Positions 10,635-21,364 of a stretch of DNA of 64,000 bases are shown here, one piece after another (the stretch's first letter is position 1; the number at the start of each line of letters is the position of its first letter). Source of the stretch: an uncultured archaeon (lineage in GTDB: Archaea > Asgardarchaeota > Heimdallarchaeia > Heimdallarchaeales > Heimdallarchaeaceae). The position numbers were made by a program, and so were the translations under genes. Where the stretch lies: assembly GCA_964534625.1 (NCBI GenBank), contig CAZHRF010000005.1, forward strand, positions 32,001-96,000, written 5' to 3'. The notes under the pieces are model-generated. The model was not told the DNA's origin. It searched no databases and saw only the letters and a program-made list of their open reading frames with translations.

Positions 10635-12860
10635 ATGAGTGATAAAAATATTAAACAAAAAATACTTAGAGTTAAAGAAGCATTACAACGAGATGTTGGA
10701 AGGGGAATTGTACGATTATCCCAAGACATTGCCGATGAATTAAATATCGGTACAGGCGACGTTGTAGAAATTGAAGCTCAAAAAAAGACATACGCTAGAG
10801 CTTGGAGGGGTATTCCCGAAGATTTTGGGAGACAGGTTATACGTCTTGATCGTATGATAAGAACTAATGCAGGGGTTGGTTTAGATGATAAAGTTACTGT
10901 CAGTAAAGCTGAAGCAAAATCAGCACGTAAAATAGTTTTTGCGTTCACTGAGAGGGCACAAGTCCGTGGTATTGAACCATGGCTCAAAAAAACATTAGAA
11001 GATCGTGTTCTTACAGTTGGAGACATTATTCCCATATCTGTTGGTATGGGACGTCGGCTCTATATTGGTGTTGCATCTTTCACTCCTGCTTCAGATGCAG
11101 TAATTTTAACTAATGAAACCAATATTCAAATTAGCGACAAACCGCTTGAAGCCATACAAACTCTTGATGCTCAACGAATAAGTTACGAAGACATTGGTGG
11201 ACTACATGAAGAGATTCAAAAAGTTAGAGAAATGATTGAACTTCCCATGCGTCATCCTGAACTTTTCAAGCGTTTAGGTATTGAACCACCAAAAGGAGTA
11301 CTTCTCTATGGACCACCAGGAACAGGTAAGACTTTACTTGCCAAAGCTGTTGCAAGTGAAACAGAAGCTAGTTTTTACAATTTATCGGGTCCTGAAATCA
11401 TGAGTAAATTCTACGGAGAATCAGAGCAGAAACTTAGGGATTTATTCAAAGAAGCACAACAAAATGCACCTTCTATTATCTTTATCGACGAGATAGATTC
11501 AATTGCACCCAAACGAGAACAAGTTACTGGAGAAGTCGAACGAAGAGTTGTAGCACAACTTTTGGCTTTAATGGATGGGCTTGAATCACGTGGTCAAGTA
11601 ATAGTTATAGGAGCAACTAATAGACAAAATGCTATTGATCCGGCATTAAGACGCCCAGGACGTTTTGATCGAGAGATAGAAATTGGTATTCCTGATCGTA
11701 GTGGAAGATATGAAATTTTACTCATTCACACTCGTGGTATGCCTTTAACTGATGATGTTAATCTGGATAAACTTGCTGATAGAACTCATGGCTTTGTTGG
11801 TGCAGATTTGGCTTCACTTGTGAAAGAATCAGCCATGCAAGCATTACGTAGAGTTCTTCCAGAAATAAGTTTAGAAGATGAACAGATACCCATGGAGATA
11901 TTGGAAAAAATAGATGTCATCAATGACGACTTTTCTGAAGCTCTTAAAAACATTGAACCTTCAGCTCTGAGAGAGGTATTTGTTGAAGTGCCTAATATCA
12001 GATGGGAAGATGTTGGAGGTTTGGATGAGATCAAGAATGAAATGCGTAGAGTTGTTGAATGGCCATTAAAGTACGGTGAGTTATATCGAACAATGAAAGC
12101 TGAATCTCCAAAAGGAATTTTACTTTATGGACCACCAGGTACAGGTAAAACACTCATTGCTAAAGCAGTAGCCAACGAATCGGAATCAAACTTCATCAGC
12201 ATTAAAGGTCCTGAAGTCTTATCAAAATGGGTAGGAGAGAGTGAAAGAGCTATTCGTGAAATCTTTAGAAAAGCTCGGCAGGCTTCACCTTGTGTGATAT
12301 TCCTTGACGAAATCGACTCAATAACACCCATTAGAGGCCGACAGACAGACTCTGGAGCAACAGAAAGAGTCATTAGTCAATTACTAACCGAGATAGATGG
12401 ACTTGAAGAACTACGCGGTGTGACAGTTATAGCAGCCACTAACAGGCCAGATATGGTTGATCCTGCACTATTGAGACCAGGTAGATTTGATAGATTAGTT
12501 AGAGTAACTGAACCAGACTTCAAGGCAAGGAATGAAATATTTAAGATACATCTTCGTGATGTTCCTCTTGCTGAAGATGTCAATATAGAAGACCTTTCCA
12601 GAGAAACCGAAGGTTTCAGTGGTGCAGACATTGCTTCTATCTGTAGCGAAGCAAAACTCATTGCAATTAAGAATTATGTACTAAAACACGAGTCTGAACT
12701 TGAAGAAGGAAAGGGTTTGAAAGAGGGTTTTGATCTTAAGATAACAAAAGAAATTTTAAACGAAGCGCTAGATCAAACAAAACCCACCAAGGAGCGTTCA
12801 GTAGCTGTAGGAAAAGACTTGAGAAAAGAGGAAGATAAGAAGGATATGGGATTCATTTAA
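10635..12860 (+). CDS. cdc48: CDC48/VCP family AAA+ ATPase
   Basis: N domain, two GPPGTGKT Walker A motifs, two DEID Walker B motifs, RPGRFDR SRH. Confidence 0.98.
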   Translation: MSDKNIKQKILRVKEALQRDVGRGIVRLSQDIADELNIGTGDVVEIEAQKKTYARAWRGIPEDFGRQVIRLDRMIRTNAGVGLDDKVTVSKAEAKSARKIVFAFTERAQVRGIEPWLKKTLEDRVLTVGDIIPISVGMGRRLYIGVASFTPASDAVILTNETNIQISDKPLEAIQTLDAQRISYEDIGGLHEEIQKVREMIELPMRHPELFKRLGIEPPKGVLLYGPPGTGKTLLAKAVASETEASFYNLSGPEIMSKFYGESEQKLRDLFKEAQQNAPSIIFIDEIDSIAPKREQVTGEVERRVVAQLLALMDGLESRGQVIVIGATNRQNAIDPALRRPGRFDREIEIGIPDRSGRYEILLIHTRGMPLTDDVNLDKLADRTHGFVGADLASLVKESAMQALRRVLPEISLEDEQIPMEILEKIDVINDDFSEALKNIEPSALREVFVEVPNIRWEDVGGLDEIKNEMRRVVEWPLKYGELYRTMKAESPKGILLYGPPGTGKTLIAKAVANESESNFISIKGPEVLSKWVGESERAIREIFRKARQASPCVIFLDEIDSITPIRGRQTDSGATERVISQLLTEIDGLEELRGVTVIAATNRPDMVDPALLRPGRFDRLVRVTEPDFKARNEIFKIHLRDVPLAEDVNIEDLSRETEGFSGADIASICSEAKLIAIKNYVLKHESELEEGKGLKEGFDLKITKEILNEALDQTKPTKERSVAVGKDLRKEEDKKDMGFI

Positions 12861-12897
12861 TCTCCCATCCACTTCTTTTGAAGCGAGGAAAATATAA

Positions 12898-13653
12898 ATG
12901 AATACGACGAAGGAGAATGAAACCAATATGAATAACAATAATGAGAAAAATTTGGATGCAGATGCTTTACTCGATATACTCGCCAACAACACTAGACGTA
13001 AGATACTCCAACTCTTGGCTGCAGAAGAACTATATCCTTTTCAGATTTCAAGAATTTTAGATATCTCTCCTAGGATAATTGGTAAATATATAAACGAACT
13101 GGAATCACTTGGTTTAGTAAACACTTTTGAACGTGCAAGTTCAAAAGGTCCAGCAAGAAAATATGCTAAATTAAACAAATCTTTTTCATTAATCATAGAT
13201 ATTGGTTCGAATAATTTTCAATGGAAAGTCATCAAAGTTGGTGAGCCAGTAGATAGTCAGAGAGATCTAATGGAAAAACAACCAGAGATTACAGACAAAA
13301 TTAGAGAAGAAATTTATTTATTAAAAAATCAGATAACAGAGAAAGCCAAAAAGATCCGTTCAATTGAAGAAAAACGGAAGGAATTAATAGAGGAAATCAA
13401 CGAATGTTTTAGCTACATTAATGAAATCATTGATAATACAATACTAAATTATCAAGAGCGTACTATAGTTCGAACTTTATTAAAAGAAATCATTCGTAAC
13501 GAACAGCAAGAATGGATACCATTATCACAATTAGCTGAAACCTTACGTATGTGGCGAGGAGAACTTAAAGAAAGGTTGCTTACAATAGCTGAAACAACGA
13601 AATTCATCAAAATGAAGAAACATAAATCAGGAGAACTTTTGGTTTCTATCTAA
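12898..13653 (+). CDS. ArsR-like wHTH plus coiled-coil regulator (Phr/HSR1-like heat-shock regulator)
   Basis: LDILANNTRRKILQLL...ELESLGLV...GPARKY, followed by a coiled coil; operon with hsp20 and cdc48. Confidence 0.8.
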   Translation: MNTTKENETNMNNNNEKNLDADALLDILANNTRRKILQLLAAEELYPFQISRILDISPRIIGKYINELESLGLVNTFERASSKGPARKYAKLNKSFSLIIDIGSNNFQWKVIKVGEPVDSQRDLMEKQPEITDKIREEIYLLKNQITEKAKKIRSIEEKRKELIEEINECFSYINEIIDNTILNYQERTIVRTLLKEIIRNEQQEWIPLSQLAETLRMWRGELKERLLTIAETTKFIKMKKHKSGELLVSI

Positions 13654-13683
13654 TCTTTTATATTATCACTTTTTTCCTTTTTT

Positions 13684-15036
13684 TTGATGACCTTGAGTTC
13701 ATGGGATACAATATTACATATTGGATTTGATGACACAGACTCGTTGGAAGGTCAATGTACAACATACTTGGCAACTCTCATTATAGAAGAGATTGCAGAT
13801 ATGGTTATTTTTTTGGACTATCCAAAATTAATACGGAATAACCCTAATATTCCTTGGAAAACAAGAGGGAATGCAGCAATTAGTTTAAAATTAGGCGTAA
13901 AACAAAATCATATACAAAAGATAATAGAAATTTCCAAACAGAAAATACTTAAAAACCATAAGACAGGACCAAATACTAATCCAGGATTAGTATATTTTAC
14001 TGGAGATATCCCCGATGCTGTCAAGGTATTTAGTAAAAAGACTCTTGTCAAACTTGTGAGTATCTCGGAAGCTGATTATTTATGTAATAAATACAACATA
14101 AAATATTTTACGATTGGAAATGGGAGAGGCATAATAGGTGCCTTATCAGCTATTGGTAATACGCTTAATCCAAAATATGAAGACTTTACTTATGAAATTT
14201 TAACATACAGAATCCCTCAATATCGAGGATCTCAAAGAAATGTAGTTGAAACATCAATAAAAAAAATGGATAAACTATTGTCCCCTAAAGTTTTCAATAA
14301 TATAGATGAATATAGTGGAAAAAGTATTATTGCTCCTGCAGGGAAAGATCCCGTATTATATGGGGTTAGGGGAGAAACACCAAATATATTGTTACATGCT
14401 TTAAACATGGTCAAAGTCAAAGAACCTATAGAGAGGTATTGTATTTTTCGAACAAATCAAGGTACAGATCAACATTTCAAATATGCCAATACAGAACTTA
14501 AAAATTATAATGTTTTCAAAGGGAATGTCACTATTAATTCAAAGGGGAATATAATTGAAGGAGGACATGTTTTCTTAATTGGAATAACGAACAGTAATAA
14601 GCGGATAATAGATCTTTCTGCATTTGAACCCACAAAAGATTTTCGTAAGCCACTATTACATCTCATAAAGGGAGACAAAATTGAAGCTTATGGTGGCGTT
14701 AAGTATATAGAAGATAAAAACCGATATGCGGTACAATTAGAGAAATGTATCATATTATCACTTGTTGATAAATATAAAGAGAAAGCACCAATATGCCCAA
14801 AATGCCAAAAACGCATGACAAGCAATGGATATAAAAAAGGATATAAATGTCGAAAATGTGGATATAAAGATCGGAATTTATCAAAAGAGAGAATAAAATT
14901 ACAAAGAAAAGACAACACAGGTCTCTACATACCCCCAGCAGGAGCACAAAGACATTTAGTTAAACCCCATAGAAGATATAGCTTACCTCAAAAAAATGAA
15001 ATTAAATTAATTAAAAATTGGTGGAAAATATATTAA
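13684..15036 (+). CDS. tiaS: tRNA(Ile2) agmatinylcytidine synthase
   Basis: IGFDDTDS..GQCTTY, NPNIPWKTRGNA, DPVLYGVRG, TNQGTD, C-terminal CPKC/CRKC zinc ribbon. Confidence 0.96.
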   Translation: MMTLSSWDTILHIGFDDTDSLEGQCTTYLATLIIEEIADMVIFLDYPKLIRNNPNIPWKTRGNAAISLKLGVKQNHIQKIIEISKQKILKNHKTGPNTNPGLVYFTGDIPDAVKVFSKKTLVKLVSISEADYLCNKYNIKYFTIGNGRGIIGALSAIGNTLNPKYEDFTYEILTYRIPQYRGSQRNVVETSIKKMDKLLSPKVFNNIDEYSGKSIIAPAGKDPVLYGVRGETPNILLHALNMVKVKEPIERYCIFRTNQGTDQHFKYANTELKNYNVFKGNVTINSKGNIIEGGHVFLIGITNSNKRIIDLSAFEPTKDFRKPLLHLIKGDKIEAYGGVKYIEDKNRYAVQLEKCIILSLVDKYKEKAPICPKCQKRMTSNGYKKGYKCRKCGYKDRNLSKERIKLQRKDNTGLYIPPAGAQRHLVKPHRRYSLPQKNEIKLIKNWWKIY

Positions 15037-15065
15037 AAGAATAGGGATAGAAGATTGTTTTATCT

Positions 15066-16874
15066 TTACATTCCCCAATATGGCCAGACGTGCTCTCTTT
15101 TTATTTTGATCAATTCATCTAAAACCTCAAGTTGATCCATGCTAAGACTATTTTTATGTTCTTTTGATAATAATTTTGCATGATTGGAAGGTATATCAAC
15201 ATATAATACATCTCCTTCATGTATTTGTCTTCCTACTGTTGGTCCTTGAATTGAGATGGCGATTTGTCTTCCTTTTTTGGCTTCATCTAAAGTCTCATTC
15301 TGATCTTGTATTTGTCTAATATACCCTACCCTTCTATTATTCTCAGTAACTAATCTAACCCCAGGTTTAATACTACCAGCTAACACTTCTATTCCAACAA
15401 CAGCTGGTTTTGATTTTCTAAAGGTATGATGGGGTAATAGTTCTAATTTTCCAGGCATAGTTATATCTTTCATGGATTCAACTTTTGCTGCCGCTTCCAT
15501 ATCTAATTTCCATCGCTCATATTCTTCAATTAGATTATAGATCACATTACCTTCAAACACCTTAATCCCATTTACTATAATTTCTTCTTTAGCATCAGGT
15601 AAAATATCCACATTAAATGCTAAAATTGCTCCTAGTTCTGGAGCTTTTTCAGCAACCACTGTTGCATCAATAACATCTTTTTTTGTTACTTCACCCACAT
15701 CAGCTTTTTGGATTGGTATATTTTTAGCTCTTAACATATCAACAATTGCTTCCAACGTTCCTAATGTATCTACTTTAACAGTGACCCCATTAGATTTTGT
15801 TTCAATTCTGAATTGTTGTAATTCTTCAGAGACTAAATCCAGTGTTTCTTGTTCTTTTCCTTCTGGAGCAACACGAACGGGAGCCCCCGAGAGTGAATCA
15901 TCCAAACCAGGAGCACTAATTTTTACACCAGCTGACGCAAATACTGAATCTACAGGTTTAAAACGGTCTCTTGGATCACGGATTTCATCTAAGTCTTTAG
16001 GTTGGAGTAGTGCGCGTATTTTAACTAATTGAGGTTTGTCTCTACCCCCGACAACAATTTTATCTGTTTTCTTTATGACACCATCATATAAAATTACATC
16101 AATAGTTGTACCAAGACCAGGTGTTTCTTTTACTTCTAATACAGTTCCCGAACCAGGACCCACACTATATTCAAGCTTCTCCATCATGTACTGTTGTGTT
16201 AAGCCAGCCAGAACTAAAAAGAGATCTGCGATACCTTCTCCTGTTTCAGCACTTGTAGGTATAATTGCAATGTTTTTCCTGAAATCTTTAACCTTGTCAT
16301 ATCGAAATGCCTCCATACGCAATTCTGATAGTTCGCCCATTATTTCATAGATTCTGTTATCCATATCTGCTCTTGCTTTGGATATCTGCTTCGAATAACT
16401 TTCGATAAATGTGGCATTTTGTTGTGGTTTCCACGCAGAAATACGATCTATTTTATTTGCTGCTATAATGAATGGCACTTTTCGAGCCCTTAAAATATCC
16501 ATAGATTCATAAGTTTGGGCTTGGAATCCACGTGTCACATCTACTACTAAAATTGCAATATCAGCGACAGATGCACCCCGTTTTCTAAGATTAGTGAAAA
16601 CTTGATGACCAGGTGTATCTACAATCAATATCCCCGGCAGATTTAACTTAATTTTAGATGTTTTCATCAAATCTCCACAAACTTTTTGTATCGTCTCGGT
16701 AGGGAAAAAACTGGCGCCTACATGTTGAGTAATTCCTGCTGCTTCACGTAATTGTACTACCGTGCCACGTACTTTATCTAGTAAGCTTGTCTTACCCGAA
16801 TCTACATGCCCTAAAATGACAGCTATTGGGCTTCGAATTCTTTTCCCCGTTTTTTCATCAACTACTTTTGACAT
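15066..16874 (-). CDS. infB: Translation initiation factor aIF5B/IF-2
   Basis: GHVDSGKT, AGITQHVGA, DTPGH, NKID. Confidence 0.97.
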   Translation of the reverse strand: MSKVVDEKTGKRIRSPIAVILGHVDSGKTSLLDKVRGTVVQLREAAGITQHVGASFFPTETIQKVCGDLMKTSKIKLNLPGILIVDTPGHQVFTNLRKRGASVADIAILVVDVTRGFQAQTYESMDILRARKVPFIIAANKIDRISAWKPQQNATFIESYSKQISKARADMDNRIYEIMGELSELRMEAFRYDKVKDFRKNIAIIPTSAETGEGIADLFLVLAGLTQQYMMEKLEYSVGPGSGTVLEVKETPGLGTTIDVILYDGVIKKTDKIVVGGRDKPQLVKIRALLQPKDLDEIRDPRDRFKPVDSVFASAGVKISAPGLDDSLSGAPVRVAPEGKEQETLDLVSEELQQFRIETKSNGVTVKVDTLGTLEAIVDMLRAKNIPIQKADVGEVTKKDVIDATVVAEKAPELGAILAFNVDILPDAKEEIIVNGIKVFEGNVIYNLIEEYERWKLDMEAAAKVESMKDITMPGKLELLPHHTFRKSKPAVVGIEVLAGSIKPGVRLVTENNRRVGYIRQIQDQNETLDEAKKGRQIAISIQGPTVGRQIHEGDVLYVDIPSNHAKLLSKEHKNSLSMDQLEVLDELIKIKREHVWPYWGM

Positions 16875-17010
16875 ATCGATACCTACTTTTCAATGAAGAA
16901 ATAAAGTGAACATAAGGAATGTTTTCTTTGCCTTCATACAATAAAGCTAAAATCCATAATAAAAATAAATTGGTTACAAACAAATAATACTAAAAATAAA
17001 AAAGATGAAA

Positions 17011-17469
17011 TTACCCATATATCCACTTTTCATCTACTCTGACATAATCAATTAATTCATCTTTTGTAAAATAAATAGCTGCTTCTTTTTTAGCATTTTC
17101 AGGCGAATCTGCAGCATGTATGATATTTTTTCCTATTTCCAAAGCATAATCTCCTCGAATTGTGCCAGGCAACGCATTTATTGGATTTGTACTACCTATA
17201 AGTTTTCTAGTGATCTTTACAGATTCCTTACCTTTAACTATCATTGCCACGACTGCTCCTGAAGTAATATATTCCAGAAGTCCCTCATAAAATGATTTTC
17301 CTTTGTGCACAGCATAATGCTGTTTCGCTTGTTCTTTTGTTACTTTTAACAATTTCATCGCAATTATCTTAAGGCCCACTTCTTCAAGTCTAGAAATGAT
17401 CTCGCCTACTAAATTCCTTTGCACTCCGTCTGGTTTAATCATAATAAATTCTTCTTGCATATATATCAC
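17011..17469 (-). CDS. ndk: Nucleoside diphosphate kinase
   Basis: IKPDGVQR, PGTIRGD, NIIHAADS. Confidence 0.97.
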   Translation of the reverse strand: MIYMQEEFIMIKPDGVQRNLVGEIISRLEEVGLKIIAMKLLKVTKEQAKQHYAVHKGKSFYEGLLEYITSGAVVAMIVKGKESVKITRKLIGSTNPINALPGTIRGDYALEIGKNIIHAADSPENAKKEAAIYFTKDELIDYVRVDEKWIYG

Positions 17470-17661
17470 CTTTTGAAACCAAAAAGAATATGTATATTAA
17501 AAATTGATTGGTTCTTGAAAAGTTGGTAATTCCAAAAAAACCTGTTTTTAATGACTATTTAAGTCGCAAAAACTGTCAAATTCTTTATGAAAATATCACC
17601 AAGTTCATCAACATAAAAATAATTAGATAAAAAGAAAAGTTAAAAGAAAAGTTAAATTAAG

Positions 17662-17850
17662 TTAGAGAATCTTTTTCTCGTATTTCTTTGTCCATTTGAG
17701 CTTTTTGGGATCACTTTTATGCTTTAGTGATTTTGTTTGGCATTTAGCGCTACAGAAAAATAAGACCGAACCAGTTTTTTGTACATACATCATACCAAAA
17801 CCTGGCTGAACCTCTTTACCACAATATGAACATTCATTTGTTTTAGGCAT
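17662..17850 (-). CDS. rpl24e: Ribosomal protein eL24
   Basis: CSYCG..PGFG...FCSAKC...PKKLKWT; conserved synteny. Confidence 0.95.
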   Translation of the reverse strand: MPKTNECSYCGKEVQPGFGMMYVQKTGSVLFFCSAKCQTKSLKHKSDPKKLKWTKKYEKKIL

Positions 17851-17863
17851 TTTTTATCATCTC

Positions 17864-18085
17864 TTATCTTTTTCTGATTTTACGGGCTTCGCGCTCTGTT
17901 TCCCTTAGCATCAATATGTCCCCTTTTCTAACGGGTCCTTTAAGGTTTCGTGTAATAATACGATTTTTGTCCCGCCCTTCAAGAATTTTTACACGTGCTT
18001 GACAAACCTCACCAACACTTCCTGTTCTTGCTAGAACTTGTATAACTTCAGCGGGGGTTCCTTGATCATCATTTTGAGCGCTCAT
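17864..18085 (-). CDS. rps28e: Ribosomal protein eS28
   Basis: RTGSVGEV...[20 protein letters not shown]. Confidence 0.97.
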   Translation of the reverse strand: MSAQNDDQGTPAEVIQVLARTGSVGEVCQARVKILEGRDKNRIITRNLKGPVRKGDILMLRETEREARKIRKR

Positions 18086-18095
18086 TTTTTACACC

Positions 18096-18461
18096 TTATT
18101 TTTTGAGTTCATTGACTTTCTTTGTCAGACCTTCTAGGGCATTTTTTGCTTCTCCTGCGTCAACAATAGCTACTGAAGAAGCGCCCACAGAAAGATTTGC
18201 GGATTTACCTAGGTCATCTCTGGTGGCCACATACGTATAAGGAATCTTTTTCTCTTCACACAACAATGGTAGATGCATGACTATTTCGGGGGGAGAAACA
18301 TCCTCTGCTATGAACACCATTTGTGCATTTTGTCTTTCAATAGACTTTGTAACTTCATTAGTACCCTTTCGTATTTTACCACTTTTTGATGCTGACTCTA
18401 GAATATTCAAAGATTCAGCTACAATTTCTGGACTTAAATCAAATTTTTTATACATTGCCAT
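18096..18461 (-). CDS. rpl7ae: Ribosomal protein L7Ae
   Basis: KGTNEVTK...IAEDVSP.EIV.HLPLLCEEK.IPY. Confidence 0.97.
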   Translation of the reverse strand: MAMYKKFDLSPEIVAESLNILESASKSGKIRKGTNEVTKSIERQNAQMVFIAEDVSPPEIVMHLPLLCEEKKIPYTYVATRDDLGKSANLSVGASSVAIVDAGEAKNALEGLTKKVNELKK

Positions 18462-18467
18462 TTTATA

Positions 18468-18525
18468 TCACCTCTGATATAATGCAACTCAAGTAAGTGG
18501 AATTGATTATATCTTCATTAGGTCA
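18468..18525 (-). promoter_or_regulatory. K-turn-like hairpin in the rpl7ae 5' UTR overlapping the SD
   Basis: Minus strand ACC-UAAU-GAA-GAUAUAAU-CAAUUC-loop-GAGUUG-C-AUUAUAUC-AGA-GGUGA: tandem G.A/A.G next to a bulge, with the 3' strand being the GAGGUGA SD. Confidence 0.7.
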
Positions 18526-18563
18526 TTTAGTTAAGGAACAAAAATAGAAGTGGTTTAAAAGAG

Positions 18564-19367
18564 TTAGGATTCGGTACACGATTGAATTAGTGTACAGATT
18601 GTTTCTTTACCTTCATTAATGCTCTTAATTCGCTTTGAAATCCTTCCATTTAATATATAAATTTTATCTACAAAATTTATCATTTCTTTTATTTGTTGTA
18701 ATTTTCCAATCATTTGTCCTGTAACATCTACTTTCTTTGTTTCTCCAGTATTTTCTGGTTTCCAACCCATTATTTCCTCTTTATTCATTAGAGGTATAAC
18801 GTCGAGAGTTCCTTCTTTAGTTTTTCTTAAAATCCCATCAACATCCGTTAGAAAGAGCACACGATTAACACTTAGATTTTTTGCTAACTCGCCTATAAGT
18901 TTATCACCACTTAAAATGGTAAAATGTTTTTTTTCATCAAAACTAACATCACCAGATAATACTGGAACCAGGTTTAGATTTAAAGCATGTTTTATCGCAC
19001 TAAGATTGCAGGTTATGCTCTGTTCGATATCATTTGTCACACATATGGCACTTGTTTGAAATCCCATACCTCTTATATCTAGTTTTCTCATCATTTTTAT
19101 GATTATGTTAGTTAAATCATTCATGTCTTGTCTTATTTGCAATAACCCGTCTATTTGGCCCTCGTTTTTATAACCATACTTGATTGAATAACGTTCAGCT
19201 AGGATATGTCCATACGAACCTGCACCATGTATCAATATATAGGGATTTTTCCACTCTTTTAATACTTTTAAAAGATCTATGAGACTTTTTTCATTCAGTT
19301 TTTTGTATGTGGTTTTATCTGTTATAACAGAACCACCTATTTTTATTATATCAATTCCTTGTTTCAT
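18564..19367 (-). CDS. ipk: Isopentenyl phosphate kinase
   Basis: KIGGSVITDK, HGAGSYGH, ILSGD, DVTGQM.GK; overlaps mvk. Confidence 0.92.
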   Translation of the reverse strand: MKQGIDIIKIGGSVITDKTTYKKLNEKSLIDLLKVLKEWKNPYILIHGAGSYGHILAERYSIKYGYKNEGQIDGLLQIRQDMNDLTNIIIKMMRKLDIRGMGFQTSAICVTNDIEQSITCNLSAIKHALNLNLVPVLSGDVSFDEKKHFTILSGDKLIGELAKNLSVNRVLFLTDVDGILRKTKEGTLDVIPLMNKEEIMGWKPENTGETKKVDVTGQMIGKLQQIKEMINFVDKIYILNGRISKRIKSINEGKETICTLIQSCTES

Positions 19368-20319
19368 TTTTTAACCCCACGGTTGATACTTTAGTGATAA
19401 ATGCATCAAAACTTTTGTTATTTAATCGATTTACTGTTTGTTTTGCAGTGTCTTGATCATCAAAAAGTCCTATAAGACAGCCACCACCACCAGCTCCAGT
19501 TAATTTATAACCTAAAGTCTCATTTTCATTAAGTTCTGTGACAATATGATCCAATTTTTCATGTCCTACACCCAATTTATTTAGTAAAACATGATTTTGT
19601 TTCATTAGATTACCTAGTTGCTCTAAATCCCCCCGTATTAAACTCTTTTCTCCTTGTTTGGTTATTATGGATATTTTTTTGAAGATCTCCTCAACTGCTT
19701 TTGTTTTTCTTTCATAAAATGTTCTTACTTTATTTACCATTTCGATAGTCCTTCTTGGTACTTTAGTATCAATAACAACCACATATGCTTTATCCAGATT
19801 AACATTTAGACGCTCAATTTCTCCTTGTTCAAATCTTATTCCCCCGCCATAAGTTGCCAAAGTATTATCAATACCAGATGGAGTTCCATGGTGAATTTTT
19901 TCTATTTCATAGGCAAGATTATTGATGGCTTTTTGTGTCAACTTTCTTCCATTATACTCTGAAATTGTTTTTAAAAAAGATACTGCTACTGCTGCACTTG
20001 AACCTAGTCCAGCTCCAACAGGTAATGATGATCGTATGCTAATCTCTACAAAACTACTTAAATCACCTAAAACTTGCTTTTCCCTATTCATTATCGCCAC
20101 CAATGAATAAAAAGGATTTGCTGGTTCTATTTTACTTCCTATTTGGAAGTATGTGTCTCCGTACAAATTTGGTGATTTAATATATATCCCTTTTTTATTG
20201 GTTTCTTTAATTTCTGTTCTAACTCTTCTATTAATTGCAATAGCTATAGCTGGATAACCATAGACTACAGCGTGTTCTCCAAAAAGAATGATTTTTCCAG
20301 GTGCAGAATAAGATATCAA
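19351..20319 (-). CDS. mvk: Mevalonate kinase
   Basis: APGKIILFGEHAVVYG, PVGAGLGSSAA, HGTPSGIDN, KLTGAGGGG. Confidence 0.95.
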   Translation of the reverse strand: MISYSAPGKIILFGEHAVVYGYPAIAIAINRRVRTEIKETNKKGIYIKSPNLYGDTYFQIGSKIEPANPFYSLVAIMNREKQVLGDLSSFVEISIRSSLPVGAGLGSSAAVAVSFLKTISEYNGRKLTQKAINNLAYEIEKIHHGTPSGIDNTLATYGGGIRFEQGEIERLNVNLDKAYVVVIDTKVPRRTIEMVNKVRTFYERKTKAVEEIFKKISIITKQGEKSLIRGDLEQLGNLMKQNHVLLNKLGVGHEKLDHIVTELNENETLGYKLTGAGGGGCLIGLFDDQDTAKQTVNRLNNKSFDAFITKVSTVGLKNETRN

Positions 20320-20385
20320 CTATATCTCCATAATTATAGAAAAAAAGTTCAGATAATAATCTTTTGCAAGAGTATTATTAATGTT

Positions 20386-21030
20386 TTAATCGTCTCTTAG
20401 TAGTTTAAAGGCGAAATCATCTGGTGTTGCTTGAAATTCTTCTGTTTCTCCCAGTTCTCCTCTTTCTCTTAATATCTCTCTTGTTAAGAGGTAATATAGC
20501 ATTGCTAATGATTTTCTACCTTTATTATTAACGGGTATAACAAAATCTACATTAGATTTAATATTATCAGTATCACACAGAGCCACCACAGAAACTCCTT
20601 TTGTCTTTGCTTCGGTTAATGCTTGTTTATCTGCTCTTGGATCAGTTAATACAGCTACTTTCGGTTCTATATAACCTGAATATGCTGGATTACTCAGTGT
20701 TCCAGGTATAAATCGTCCGGGAAATACTTTAAAACCGCAGAAACGAGCCATCTTTGTTGCAGGAACGCTTGCATATTGACGTGTTGCAAATATTGCTACT
20801 TGGGATGGATCAAAACGAGCTAAAAACTTTGCTGCAATCCTTATTCTCTCATCTGTATTATTAACATCCAAAACATAAATTCCGTCTTGTCGTACTCTAT
20901 ACGTGTGTTTTTTCATACTTTTCGTACATACTAAAGTACCAATATGGATACCACTAAAAAGATACTCTTCGCGTTGGACTAGTAATAAAGCTTCTTCTCC
21001 TTCTTGAGTTTCAATTTCTTCTTCAGACAT
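20386..21030 (-). CDS. rps2: Ribosomal protein uS2
   Basis: GIHIGT, GRFIPGTLSN, DPRAD.QA..EA, IPVNNKGRKSL. Confidence 0.97.
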   Translation of the reverse strand: MSEEEIETQEGEEALLLVQREEYLFSGIHIGTLVCTKSMKKHTYRVRQDGIYVLDVNNTDERIRIAAKFLARFDPSQVAIFATRQYASVPATKMARFCGFKVFPGRFIPGTLSNPAYSGYIEPKVAVLTDPRADKQALTEAKTKGVSVVALCDTDNIKSNVDFVIPVNNKGRKSLAMLYYLLTREILRERGELGETEEFQATPDDFAFKLLRDD

Positions 21031-21107
21031 ATTCTAAGCCTCTTTTTCTGCGCAGTGAGTTTTTCTTTATTTTTAATAAAAACTTTCTGTTCAGTTACAA
21101 GTGTTTA

Positions 21108-21308
21108 TTATGAAAATGATAATATCTCATCAACTAGGTCAATATGAGAGATTAACATTCGTCGGCAACACCAACGTTTGATACTGAGATCATCTAAAAC
21201 AGCTTTTGGGTCTTCACCGTTATTAGTTCTTTCTTGAAAGTCATCCCATTTATCAGCAATTAATTTACCACATGTGAAACATCTAATCGGGATTTGAATA
21301 ATTACCAC
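21108..21308 (-). CDS. rpoN: RNA polymerase subunit Rpo10 (N)
   Basis: [10 protein letters not shown]...[17 protein letters not shown]. Confidence 0.97.
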   Translation of the reverse strand: MVIIQIPIRCFTCGKLIADKWDDFQERTNNGEDPKAVLDDLSIKRWCCRRMLISHIDLVDEILSFS

Positions 21309-21364
21309 CTAATCAAACACTCATGAAACATAATTTAACTATTATGGTCGCTGTTTTTTTCAAA

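Noticed and set aside
12840-12860. HbYX proteasome-docking motif on Cdc48
   Set aside because: The C-terminus is MGFI, not a canonical HbYX, so no call can be made.
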